Below, in pieces: positions 24,453-37,275 of a stretch of DNA of 64,000 bases. Both the position numbers and the translations under genes were made by a program. The notes under the pieces were generated by a model. It made no database searches. It had not been told where the DNA came from and worked only from the letters and a program-made list of their open reading frames with translations. Position 1 is the first letter of the stretch, and the number at the start of each line of letters is the position of its first letter. Source of the DNA: Blasia pusilla. Its lineage: Eukaryota. Location: positions 47,802,001-47,866,000 of the forward strand of contig CM114271.1 of assembly GCA_050084515.1 (NCBI GenBank), given 5' to 3'.

Positions 24453-26930
24453 TGTCGCGACCCTCATAACCAAACAACACCAAATAGGCGCCAAGCGAAA
24501 CATCAGAACTCAAAGGAACTCATGCTGCGAGGTTTGCGCTTTGGAGAGGCGTTTGGAAGAGTCTCTTGGAAAAGTCTAAGAGACGAAACGCGGAACAGAG
24601 TTGTGCATTTCATGCGTTAGTGGTCGCGACCAGGAAACCTAGACCAAAATCAAGCCAAGACTTGAGATGAGTTGATTCGTGGGAGGTTGGTTGCCAAAGA
24701 GGTGAGAACCAATTTGGAACACGACTAGCGCTTGGGAGAATCTGACTGTGTTTAGGACCATAACGTTGAGCTCCAAGATGAGTTTGGGACAAATAAGAAG
24801 TGCGTTGGAAAGCTGATCTTGAGACGCTTCCAACGCACTAAAGATCTCAGAAAACGCATAAGTACAAGCTGAGATATTGGCCAAAAACAATTGAGAGAGC
24901 AATCGGGTTGAGGGCCAATTGGAGAGGCCCGGGTGTCTTTCCCTAAATGTAGGGGGCCCCCGGATATCCCCAGAAGTACTAGTAAGGGAGGACCCTCTCC
25001 GAGATGTCTTGGTAAACGAATCCCCACTTTGGGCGCCAAACGGCGTATCAGAGGCACGGGATGGAATGGGAGTTTGGCGCGGAAACCCGAAACCCAAACC
25101 TGATCCAAGGGAGTGGACTTTGTACGCCACACTTGGATCCCAACCCGAGATTCACTTCGTGCAAGTCTTGGTGAGGAACTCATTGGATGTCCATCGGAAA
25201 ATTGGAACCGCTAAGCGCGAAACGATGTTTCAGGTTCCTGAACCGACCAGAAAGTCTGTCCCAAGTTTTTCGAGATTTGCCTATGTTGGAAACCGCGAAA
25301 CTAGGAAGGTTGAGCTTGATGAGAGTCCGAGACGAGAACTCGGAAAGTGATCCCGCTGATTGATCCAAGACCCGACTAACCGAAGTGCATGTTTGGATGC
25401 AGATCAGCGTTGAGAGCGTGACCTACTGAACGCACGCTTCCGCAACAAACAAGATTAACGTTCAAGGATAGTAGGCGCACGACACGTGGTATCAAAGCTT
25501 GTCCTTGATGAGCGTGAACTTGGGGTCGTTGAAGATCTGGACGTTTGGGGAGAACTCAAGGTAGCCAGAAGACTGCAACGCCGAGGAGGAATGCAAGAGG
25601 CGAGGAGGAGATCTGAGAAAGCGAAGACTCGCAAATGGCGACCAAAGGCGAAGAAGCGAGGAAACCGCGAGTCAAAGCAAAGAAGCCGAGAGACGAATCA
25701 ATGACGGATCGAGAGCCAGAGGTGGAATTTGCAACTCCCGAAGTGCCGAGTCCCAGACATGAGGATGTTCCAACCAAAAATCTTTCCGCAGGACCTTCGG
25801 GTTCAAACTTAAACGATCCGGCCTTTTATATCCAAATGATGGGATTGATGAAGGTGATGGCGGACCAGATGACCGAACAGAGCAAGGTGATATCGGAATT
25901 CAAGTCAAATGGAGCCTCTAGTTCTGGCAAGAAGCTTTGTAAGACTAATTTGCCAACGCCATTCACAGGAATGGGGCGTTCTCAGAAAGTGAGCGAGTTT
26001 CTAACGGAACTCGAACTTTATTTCGAAGCGCAAAAGGCAGATGAATAAGACAAAGTGACTGTAGCGGTCACGTTTCTGAAGGATCACGCTCTCCATTGGT
26101 GGACGGCTCACCGTAAAGAACATGTAGGTCGCGGGAAAAGGTTGAGTTGGGAAGATTTCAAGGAGTTGATTGGGAACCGATTCACTCCGGAATATCAGGA
26201 GTATCGCGATGGCATGGAGGTGGTGAGGTTGTGCCAGAGTGGATCACTTGGTGCTTATGTGCGAGAGTTTAGTGCACTCATGAGTGCACTTTCCACGGAT
26301 GAACATACAAAAAAGGTGATCTTCCTAAGTGGGCTCAAATCGAGTGCCGAAAAGGCCCTCTTTCGTATGCCTCACATCCAATACTTCCAAGAGGGTTTGG
26401 AATGGGGGTGAGCGCGACCACGTAGGGTCTCTTGCCCAAGCAGCGAAACGAGTGGAACTCAACGCGAAGCCAAAGGGGCCGCCGTTTACGAAGTCAACGA
26501 ATGCCAAAGTGATTTGCTACAATTGTGGCGAACCCGGACATATGGCTAAGGAATGTGTTAGGCCCAAGGTTAGTAAACCGAGTATGATTGCGTTTGCCGC
26601 TAAGCATTTATCGGAGGGAGATCTAGATACATCTCTACAAGTCACCAAGAGAACGCCCAATTTGGTTTACCTAGGATCCAGGATCGCTAATCGCGATGTG
26701 ATGTTGCTTGTTGATACAGGTGCTTCGCACTCATTCTTGAGTCCGAGAATCGTAAAAACGTTGGGATTACCAACCACCAAGGCGGATGAACCCATTAGGG
26801 TAGGATTCGGGGGAGGTAAGTCCCACCAGACTTCAGATCTGGTTTTAGGGCTAGTTGTGAGATGGAGTATTTGAGTTGAAGGAGAATTTTACAGTTTGCG
26901 ACATGGACGGTATCGACGGAGTCTTGGGGA
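24453..26930 (+). mobile_element. Gypsy G3, 5' part, nested in G2: LTR 24453-25484, Met PBS 25487-25498, gag, Zn knuckle, protease
   Basis: LTR TGTCGCGAC...GCGCACGACA; PBS TGGTATCAAAGC; gag FLKDHALHWW...WEDFKELIGNRF; CYNCGEPGHMAKEC; LLVDTGASHSF. Confidence 0.92.
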
Positions 26931-29900
26931 AATTGAAGAAAGAGTCTTTCTTCAAAACTTGGCTGCTGCCATTGAGGAGCAAAGCTCCCCAAGGAGTTCT
27001 CCTGATGTCAATGTCCAATTTGATTGAAAGAAAGTTGCCAAAGATCGCTCTTCCAGTGCTTCGACCAGCTCTAGGGACAGCTTGACCATAGGCATGGCCG
27101 TACTTTGCAGAATGGGCGTGGAGTCTTCACGAGGCATGCTGGTACATCGATCTCGGTGAACGCCCCGCTTTGGTCTGCTCTGCAACTTTGTGTTGACCCT
27201 GTCCATGAAAATACCCGTCTGGTTCCGTAGGGACGCTTATATAGTCCCAGTGTTATGCGGATGTTGGTGTTGGCGCCGGAACTGCAACAGTTAGTTTGGC
27301 GCTTCGCGTCTTTGCAAAGCTCAAGAACTCTCGCGCTTTGCCGCTTTGCAAAGCTCCCATCCATCTTGCTTCGCGCTTCTGCGAAGCTTGAGGCAGTCGC
27401 TCACCCCCTTCCTCCTATTTCAGTCCGCGTAGGGTTGAGGCTCATAATACCGACGAACATGCATTCCATTGACATGAGTGGGCAGGGATTCTCCGTGTAA
27501 GGTCTGCAACTGTAGTGATCCATTATCATAGATGGCCAATACCCGGTAGGGTCCCATCCAGTTTAATTTTAATTTTCCGGGAAACTTGAGCCGTCGGTTA
27601 TCGTACAACAGCACCAAGTCTCCAACGCTTATAGATTGTGGCCGGAGATGTCGATCGTAACGTTGTTTGCATTCTTTTTGCACATGTTTAGTCTGGCGTA
27701 AAGCTAACGTGCGTGCTTCTTCCAACGCAATTAAGGTCTCATTCCTTCCTTGGAAAACTTCGCCGACGGCCTCCGTTCTTGTTCCTTCCAATACTCGATA
27801 AGTGGGCAAAGCCCATTCAATAGGTGTTAAGGGATGAACGCCATAAGTCAGGAAGAACGGGGTAAACTTTGTAGTAACCTTCTCAGCTGTTAGGTATGCC
27901 CACAATGCCGTGGCGATTTTCATGTCCCAATCATAGGAATAAGTTACCGTCAATCGATTCAATATCCGACAGATCAGGCCGTCAGATTTTTCCGTCAACC
28001 TGTTGGCTTTAGGGTTGTAGGGCGTGGTTTTCCCATGCTTAATGAGAAAGTGGGAAGTGAGAGACTCAATAGTCTTGTTTAAGAAGTGAGTGCCACGATC
28101 ACTTACTAATTCCAATGGGCAGCCATACCGAGTGATAATCATCTAGTATAAAATTTTGGCCACTACTTCACTGTCATCTTTTCGCGTGACCACCGCCTCG
28201 ACCATCTTAGTACAATAGTCGGTGGCTATAAGAATATACTTCCGCCGTGTTTGGCGAGTAGCGGCGGATATAGGCCCACAAAGTCAATACCCCATTTTTC
28301 AAAAGGAGCTAGGGGCATGATGGGTACCAAAGGCCACCGCGAGGTAGCCGTTGGTCGACTTGCTCTTTGACAGGCATCACAACTTTGGATAAAGTTACCT
28401 ACATCTTTGTACATAGTTGGCCACCAGTAACGTGCGTCCAAGATTTTCTTAACAGTATTTTTTACAGTATAGTGTCCACCAGAATCAGCCGTATGCATGG
28501 CTCTGATGACGTGGGGGATTTCTTCTGCTTCCAAGCATCGCCGATACTCTTCATCCGCACCTAATTTGAATAGGATCCCCTGACATATCTCATATGGTCC
28601 TACCTTATGTAAGAAAACTGCTCGTTCCTCCGCTGTCATAGGGGCGGGAAGTCGCAGAGTAATTAAAAAACGAAAAATATCCTCATAAAACGAAAGGCAC
28701 AACCGGTCCTCCGTGATTTGGAAAAGGTCTTCATCGGGAAAGGTGTCATCGACGGATTGTGTGAGGTCAGCGTTTGTCATCCTCAACCGGGAAAGAAAAT
28801 CTGCATTGGTATGAACCTTGCCGGCACGGGTAACGACATTGAATGTGAATTCTTGGAGCAGCAAGATCCATCGCGCAATGGGACCTGACAGATCTGCCTT
28901 CACCATTAATGGTCTGAGCGCGAAATGATCGACATGGAAGAGAAATTCGTACCCTAATAAATAGTGTCGGAACTTTTTACACCAGAAGACCATACCTAGC
29001 GCCTCTCGTTCGGTAGTTGTATATTTCTGTTCCGCCGAAGATAGTTGTTGGATTGCGTAGTAAACCGGAAAGTCATGTTTGTTTTCATCCAGTTGGCTGA
29101 GCACCACTCCAATGGCAAACGAGGATGTGTCCACATATACGTGGAAGGGTTTAGGGTACAATCAGGGGACCGTAGTACAAGAGCCGTTTGCAATGCCCTC
29201 TTTAAAGCGTCAAATGCCGCTTGGCAAGGTGGAGTCCACTCCCATTTGGTAGCTTTTTTAAGTAATGCAGTAAGAGCTCCTGCTTTTACCGCATAATCTC
29301 TAATAAACCGTGGATAGTATCCAACGTGTCCCAAGAATCCTCTCAAATCTCAGAGATTGGTGGGTGGTTCCAATGCGACGATAATATCCACCTTGGCCTT
29401 GTCAACTTCAATTCCTTGAGCCGACACTCTGTGTCCCAACAAAATCCCTTGTTTCATAGCAATATACAATTTTTCCGGATGAAGGGACAAATGCACTTCG
29501 CGACAACGAGCGAGGGTTAATTCTAATTTTTCCAAGTGTTTGGCCTCTGTACTGAAGATACAAAATCGTCCAAGAAAATTTCAACAAACTTCCGCAGATA
29601 CTCTTGGAAGATGGAGATCATCATTCGTTGGAAGTTAGCTGGGGCATTGCATAACCCAAAGGGCATCACACGATACGCGAAAGTTCAGCTTTCATGTTGA
29701 GATCTCTATGAGGTTTCTTGATGTCGAGAGGAAAATCTACCTGAACATGCTATCAATTCCACTAGAGAGAATCGAGAAAAGATCCTGTGGTACTAAGAAA
29801 GATCAGCAGATATTGATAAGACATTGAATATAACTCATACACATTTAAATACAACTATTACAACAGAATTGTAATTTCGAACTCTCTTTTCATCAAACAA

Positions 29901-29979
29901 TGATCCTCTTGGGGATCGAACTTATTAAAATGACTGTAAAATAGAAACTCTTGTATATTACATATAGCAAGAAACTTTT

Positions 29980-29999
29980 TGGCGCCACTTCCGGGGATC
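29980..29999 (+). promoter_or_regulatory. Primer-binding site, tRNA-Asp type (G2)
   Basis: TGGCGCCACTTCCGGGGATC versus TGGCGCCGTTGCCGGGGATC, the complement of the plant tRNA-Asp 3' end used by Athila-type elements; 3 mismatches. Confidence 0.75.
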
Positions 30000-32900
30000 A
30001 TATTCTTTGCTGAAAAGGGAGAGAGACACATGGGGAATCCGGGAGCAGGGAAAGAAGCCTCGTCTCCTAGAAGACCCAACCAGCTAGTTCTTACTGAAGA
30101 CCATCTGCTATCTCTAGCTATCCCCGTCAGACAATGGATGAAAGAAGATAACAACCAATTTGCTGCATTGGTGCTAGAAAAGATAGAACAATTAATTAGT
30201 ATTGTCAATAAACCAGTCGCCGAACGGTGCTCCGCCCATGAACGTCAGTTGTACTTGGTGATGACCCGGTACTTCTATTTATGGGAGGAAAACTTGGCAG
30301 GAAGATTAAGAGCACCTGGCACACTCTTGTAGGCTTAGGAAGTAGAAACATTTAATTTCCCTCCATGGACCCCTACCTTGTTGCAACCGTGGGTGCGGAA
30401 GCAAGCTCCCAAATCCCAGAAGGGACTCATGGAAGGCTCCCGGCCCTCTTCGCGAGATCAGCGAGCCGATCGACGCAGTAAGCAACAAGAAGATCACCCA
30501 TCTTGGAGACCGCCTGGGCTGTCTCCCGGTCTTTGTCTTTGCACGAAGCCCAAGAGCAAGAAGAGAGACAGGAACAAACTCTCCACTACGTCCCCTGCAA
30601 GTTTGCAGTAGGACGGAGAGTCAACCTGGGATCCCTTTGGGGACTTGGGGGACGCGGAGCCGACCAAATTAACTAGAGTGGAACCGCTACCTCCTCCCTC
30701 CCGAGCATCAAGCCCGGGATCCAATAGCAGACCATTCCCCATGGCCAATACTAGGAAGACGTTGCTAAGGTACCCCACCTTTGCACGGGGATGGCGAGAT
30801 GATGTGGACAACTTTGTGCTTGAATTTACCCATGTAGCCAAGGCGAATGGGGAAGGCTCAAAGGAGGATTTGTTGCGAGTCTTTCTTGGCATGCTCAAGA
30901 AGCAAGCAAGCCAGTGGTACGAGGGTCTCGGAGCGGAAGCATGGAAGAGGGTACTAGAGTCCTTCCTTCATGAGTTCCGCGACTTGGAGTTTGAGAACAG
31001 GCTTCTTACGAAGCTTTGTGACCTGAAACGTAAAAAGAAGGAAACTCTATGGGAATACACACAAAGGTTTCGAAGCCTGGTGAATAAACTAGAACACACT
31101 ACTACCTCGCAATTGGTAGATTGGTTTGTGTCAAGATTGTCCAAAGAAATGGACCGGTACTGCCGGCGAGGCCAACGAGATTCCCTGGAAGCAGTCATAG
31201 CCTCCGCAGAGGCGTACGAAGCCTTAGAGAAGTCCCGTAAAACACGAAGACGGCGTCACCAATGACGAGGTTCGTCGCAAACTAGTGCTTTGTCGGAGGA
31301 CGAAGCGTCTTCCACAGACATGGAATCCTCTATGGAGGACACTTCGGAGTCCTCGGACTCAAAAAAAGATTTAAAATCTAAACGGAAAAGAAAAAGCACG
31401 CGCCACCACTCTCCCAAGCACCGAAGGAAAACCCGACCCACAAAGCACTTTCCCCAGTGGTCGGAAAGTCCAGTGAGGGGGACAGCAATGAAGGCCGGCA
31501 AGTTGGCCATGGAAGAGCTAAGTAAGCAAATGGCATAATTGAAGGTACATCTGGCGGCCCAGAAGGACCCCAAAAGACGACCAGGTGTGATGAGGCCCAA
31601 CATTTGGTGCAGTACCTGCGGAACCCAAGGGCATACTGCCCAGGAATGCCATACTTAGAGGGATTTACGTTGGATCCAGGAAGATCCCACTACAGAAGAA
31701 GGGTGGTATGAGCCTGAACAGTGGGAAGGGTGCTATGCAATCCAAGCTGTGCCACCACCAAATCCCGGACGAAGTTGGATCACCCGATATGTGCCTCCAG
31801 AATACGGGGAATAGAGACCCTTGAGACAGATTATGGGCGCGGCGGCCTTCACGCCACCCATAAAAAGGAATTGTTGTTATAATTGCGGGGCAGTTGACCA
31901 TTGGGCTAATAATTGCCCAAATCCAAAGTGGCCAGTAGGACTCAATCCCTTGTGCGGAAATTGCAAGAAGGGCGGGCACACTACAGTGGAATGCCCAGAG
32001 CCCAAGGTTCCGCGGTTGTTGGTAAAGTATGTCAACACCCCAGCAGCCCAACTAGAGTCCAAGAATGACGTAAATGTGCAACTCGTCCGAGTGGAAGGGT
32101 TAGGGTCCCCCAGGCCAAGGCAAGTCACTATCAGGGAGGAAGACTCGAACAGAGCGGCCGCCGAAGAATCATGGGATTGGCCCAAGGAGTTCCAAGAAAC
32201 CGTTCTGGCTGTCACCACGAGGTCCAAGAGTCAGACCGCGGGGACCCCCAAGGCAAGGAAAGATGCTTCATCTTCGCGTGAAACTAAGGACCCCAAGACG
32301 AAAAGTGTCGACGCCTTCCGCGCCGAGAAGGCCATCCTAAAAGGCGATGTTGACCTGGTCTTTGATCGAAGTCACCCTAAGTACTTCCATCATGATATCG
32401 AAGACCAGGTTCGGGCTCAAGTGCATCAGGACCAGGGACCAGAAGGGAGGCAGACCACAGAGAAGACGAGAACCGGAATGACTCCGGCAGTGCAAGCCAT
32501 CGCGACGTCACCGCTGGTCTTAGAAGCCTACGACTTACTCAGGGACTTGGCGTCAACCCCGACCAATATAACCCTGCTGCAATTATTAATGGATAACCCG
32601 GTGTGCTGCAAAAATTTGCAGCAGTGGAAGATAAGCCATAGAAAACCCAAGAAGTCTGCAAAGCATCTACCAGTAGTGGATCTATTCCGTATCGAAGTGG
32701 AAGACTTGGGAGCACCACAGTTAGAGGTGGAGATTGAGGGACACACCATTAAGAAGGTTCCCATTGTCTCAGAAAGCGGAATTAACATTATGACAGAACA
32801 GACAGCTCGGGCATTAGGATATATGGAGTACGAGCCCACCGATAAGTATCTGCGATTTGCGGATCAGTCCCAAAAGCAACCCCTAGGACAACTCACTCAG

Positions 32901-33921
32901 ATCCCGACCATGCTCAGGGGGGTGCTATTTCTGTTGGACTACTTAGTATTGCAGCCCCTAACAACCATTGGCTATCCTTTGCTCATTGGAAGACCCTGGC
33001 TGTATGGTGCGAGAGTGGCTACGGATTGGAAAAGGAGACGTTTCACGATCCAGGCTCCGGACCAGGTCTCCAAGCGTCTCATCAAGCTGTCGTGGAAATC
33101 ACGACCATCCCAAGGAGAAACGCCACCGACCTACGAAGGCTATACGTCAGATCAAGAGCAAACTACAGCTACTGAGTCCTCATCCAATGTGTATTATTTA
33201 GAATGTTACGAAATAGACGAGGAGTCGATACCTAGCAAACAGATGTCGACCCGAGAAGAAGAGAAGATGGGTCATAGCACATTCTAGTTTACAGAAAGTA
33301 TGGTTCAAGAAAAGGACTACATATAGGTCTTAATTACAAGTCAGAAGTCTCTACGCCTCTCGGAGGATTTGTCTCCCACCGAACTCATGAAGTATAAAAG
33401 ATTATTGTTTGAGTATTTGGATGTGTTTGCATACTCCATGGATGAAATGACAGGCATTCTAGCACAGTATGGTGAATACCGAATTGACCTAAAAGAAGGT
33501 GCGGTCCGGTACAAATGAGGCAGTATCGCCTGAACTCGAAGTACTCGTTGTTAGTCAAGGACGAGATCGACCAGCGTCTTGGGGCAAGAATAATTTATCT
33601 GGTATTAAGTAGCAAGTGGGTGTCTCCCATTGTGATTGTACCCAAAAAACAAACCGGAAAAATTAGAGTGTGCCAGGATTATCGGAAATTGAATGCGGCC
33701 ACCTTAAAGGACCATCATCCCCTACCTTTCACTGATAATATTTTGGGTAAAGTTGCCGGCCACGAGCGTTATACTTTTTTGGATGGATACTCGGGTTATA
33801 AGCACGTATCCATACGAGAAAAAGATCGCCCCCTCACCATCCCCATCCCAATCTCAAGCATCGTCCAACCAGGGCGAGGGGTCTATGGTCGCACGGCTAC
33901 AACACGCACTACATAATGAGT

Positions 33922-34181
<260 letters not shown>

Positions 34182-35329
34182 GCCGAAACCTCCTCCCACT
34201 ATTGTTCAAGAGAAAGAAAAATTGGGTTTAGGATTGGAGACCTTCAGAGCACAATACGAACAAGAACTTGAGAAGTTTGTTAATGAGAGAGCACAACTCA
34301 TCTCTAACATCGGTGGGGAGTTCAACCTAGCTAGTTAGAGGGGGAATGAGAAAAAAGGGAAAAGCGGGGCCAATATGGACAAGTCCTTCCATAGGACGCA
34401 CGTTAGTCCATAGACATGGACTTTGTCCGTAGGCAACCTTGAGATAGAGGCTATTGCAATGATGGCTTGGGGTGTTGTGAGAGTGACCGAGCCATAGAGG
34501 TGTGGAGTTGAGGTAGCTTTTTATGCACCTACTCCACTTTTGAACGTCAATCTCAGATGTTGCGAAAGCGTACATTCAGTAGATCATACTCACTATGTTG
34601 ATTTGCACCCAAATACAGTACTCTCATTAATCTTGGTTTAATTTGGGGAAACCAACATTCTAACTTTCCGAGTTCTTAACTCGGCCATACGTCAAGCTTA
34701 AAAGATCCTAATTCCTCACTTTCCAACACAAGCAAGTTTTCCTAGAGTTGGGACAGACTTTCGAGATAGTCTAGGCATCTAAAACGGTGCTCGCACGCTT
34801 AATTGTCCCAACTATCCAATGAACCTTGCATGAGTCCCTAACTAAGACCTAAGAATTGATTTATGGGTTGGAGTCCAAGGGTAACCTCTGCAATTCACTT
34901 CCTTGGACTTGGCTTGAACACCAATTTTGACATTCTTGGTGAATTAAAACATTTCTGGGGTTTCGACTTCCTTGAAGTTATGCTTGCAAGAAAAATTAGG
35001 ACTTAAGTCCATTTAAATGTGAACCCGACATCATCCTCTTTGCAACTAATCGAGTCTCTATATCACCAATGACCATCATAGTAGGATCTTGAAGATAAAA
35101 TGTTCAAGATTTTGTTAACAATATTTAATTTGCTCATTTCTTTGGATATCTCCACGAGCGAAGGCCGAAAATTGATGTGGTTGAAGTCCTCATAGACCCG
35201 TGGAAGCAATTTTTGTAGAAAAAAACTAACTAATTATCCGAATTCTATGTAATGGCAGCGGCGGAAGATTGAATGCGGACTCTATCAAGGTTCGTGCGTT
35301 GGTCCGCTAAATTGGAGCTTAAGACCCAA

Positions 35330-36655
35330 TTCCAAATACTTGGATTAAATCCCTCCCGGAAGCCCTAAATTTTCCAGCGTAAAGACTTATTCTGGCTCTG
35401 TAAAAGCTCCTACCACCGGAATCTGCTCTTAGGGTACAATCCAAAGTATTCAGAACTCTAGTTATGTATGAGCTCGAACGCCCCGCCTGTCCTCCAAGTA
35501 CTTAGATTGAACCCCTTCCGGTAGCCCTAAATTTTCCAAGGGAATGACTTGTTACAGCTTTGGAAAAGCTCCTATCTCCGGAATCGGATCTTAAGATACA
35601 ATTCCAAAGCATTTGGACCTTCTAGTTCCAAATGAGGTAGGACGTACCCTCCACTTGTCCTTCAAGTATTTGGATTGAACCCCTGCTGGTAGCCATAAAT
35701 TTGCTACCATAATGATATGTTCGGGCTTTGGATCTTAAGAGCCAATTCCAAAGCATTTAGAACTGTAGTTCCCAATCAACTCGGAGTCCTCCAAGTATTT
35801 GGATTCAACCCCATTGCGGTAGCCTTGAAGTTGTTGGCGCAATGAGTTGTCCCGGCTTTGGGAAAGCTCAAACCGCTTGTCTTCCAAGTATTTGGATTAA
35901 ACCCCTCCTTGCTAGCCCTAAATTTTCCATCAAAATAAGCCATTCAGCCTCCGGAATAACTCCTACGGCAAGAATCAGATCATAAGAGCCTAGTAAAAAA
36001 CATTTGGAACTATAGTTCCTAATGAGTCAAAAGTTGCCAGCGGAATGAGATGTTCAATAAAAGCTTCTACCGTCGGAATGGCATCTTAAAAAATTTCCAA
36101 AGCATTCGAAACTCAAGTTCTAAATGAGTTGGGACCCCTGCCTATCCTCCTAGTATTTCGATTGTCCCCCTTACGAAAGCCCTAATGTTTCCAACAAAAT
36201 GAGTTGTTCAGGCTTCAAAAAAGTTCCTACAGCCAAAATTGGATCTTAAGAGCCAATTCCAAGCATTTGGAGCTGAAGTTCCAAATGAGCTTGGCCCCCC
36301 ATGTGTCCTCCGAGTGTTTTCCAATGGATTGAACCCCCTTGCCATAGCCCTAAAGTTGCTAGGGGAATAAGGTGTTCTTGCTGAGGAAAACCTAATACCT
36401 CCAGAATAGGATCTTAAAAGCCAATTCTAAGGCATTTGGAACTTTCATTCCATTAGCTTGGATCCCCCACCTGTCCTCCAAGCTTTTGGTTTGAAACCCT
36501 CGCCAGGGCCCAAAAGTTGCCAATGGAATGTGTTGTGTTGGCTCCAAAAAAGCTCCTACCGACCGCCATAATTAGATCATAAGAGCCAATTCCAAACCAT
36601 TTAGAACTCCAATTCCAAATGAGGTTGGACCCCCCTCCTCCCCATATCCTCAAGG
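35330..36655. repeat. Degenerate tandem array, unit ~160 bp, about 9 units (some truncated)
   Basis: Recurrent TCCTCCAAGTA(T/C)TTGGATTGAACCCC...TAGCCCTAAA...GGATCTTAAGAGCCAATTCCAAAGCATTTGGAAC with starts near 35331, 35493, 35662, 35789, 35883, 36148, 36308 and 36476. Confidence 0.85.
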
Positions 36656-36765
36656 AATCTAGGGAGCTAATATTCTAATCGGAGAGAGAAAGAGAGGAGA
36701 GTCTTTCTTCTAAAAAACAAAAATCCTTAACCCCTCTTCAAAACTTTCCACTATTTTTAAAATTT

Positions 36766-37275
36766 TGTCACTTCTCTTAGGATAGATAAACAAGATCTAG
36801 TAGAGCACCTTTGTAGATACTAGAGGAGAGTCTCAAGAGGTCGAGGATGACCTGTTGAGACCATGGGTAACCTAAGGGAGCAGGTTTTCCCATTATTTTA
36901 GCTTATTTAGAGCCATACATAGAAACTTACTATTTAGGGCAAGTTTCCATATTGAGTATAGTTGAATTCCTAATTTGGGAAGTGGCCCTTGACTCGCTAT
37001 AGTAGGTCAAGAGCCAAGGAGATGACTTGCGAGCATAGGTTACCATGGATAAAGCTTGGGAGAGGGAAGGGGGTATATATATCTCCAAAAGAGAGAGAGA
37101 GCTTGAGAGCTCATTCTCTTTTTGTTGAATCTCTTGGCATGAGGCGGCGGACCTATGGTCCTCATTGCCTTGTGTGTAACCCAAGCCTCTCATTAGGAGA
37201 GTGGGTTTGGTTTGACATGAGAGAGAGAGAGAGAGAGTTGTGCATCTTTGTGAGAGCTTGTGATGGAGAGATCCA
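36766..37275 (+). repeat. Diverged repeat A of family X (possibly A1 of the copy at 42750-48745)
   Basis: Begins TGTCAC...TTAGGATAGAT and is colinear with 5345-5833; no repeat B follows. Confidence 0.8.

Larger units (their letters stand above)
22436..33839 (-). mobile_element. Athila-like Gypsy G2, rearranged: 3' LTR (22436-~23630), coiled-coil ORF, integrase/RNase H/RT C-half on minus (27420-29686); 5' LTR end, PBS, gag, protease and RT N-half inverted onto plus (29686-33839)
   Basis: Minus strand: TFAYRVMPFGLCNAP, FLDDF, FHVYVDTSSFAIG, FEKWGIDFVG, LVSDRGTHF, WMGPYRV. Plus strand: gag 30645-31265, CCHC knuckles, protease-like region, WVSPIVIVPKK..RVCQDYRKLN..FLDGYSGY. LTR piece 29686-29950 is the reverse complement of 22436-22700. 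Confidence 0.88.
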
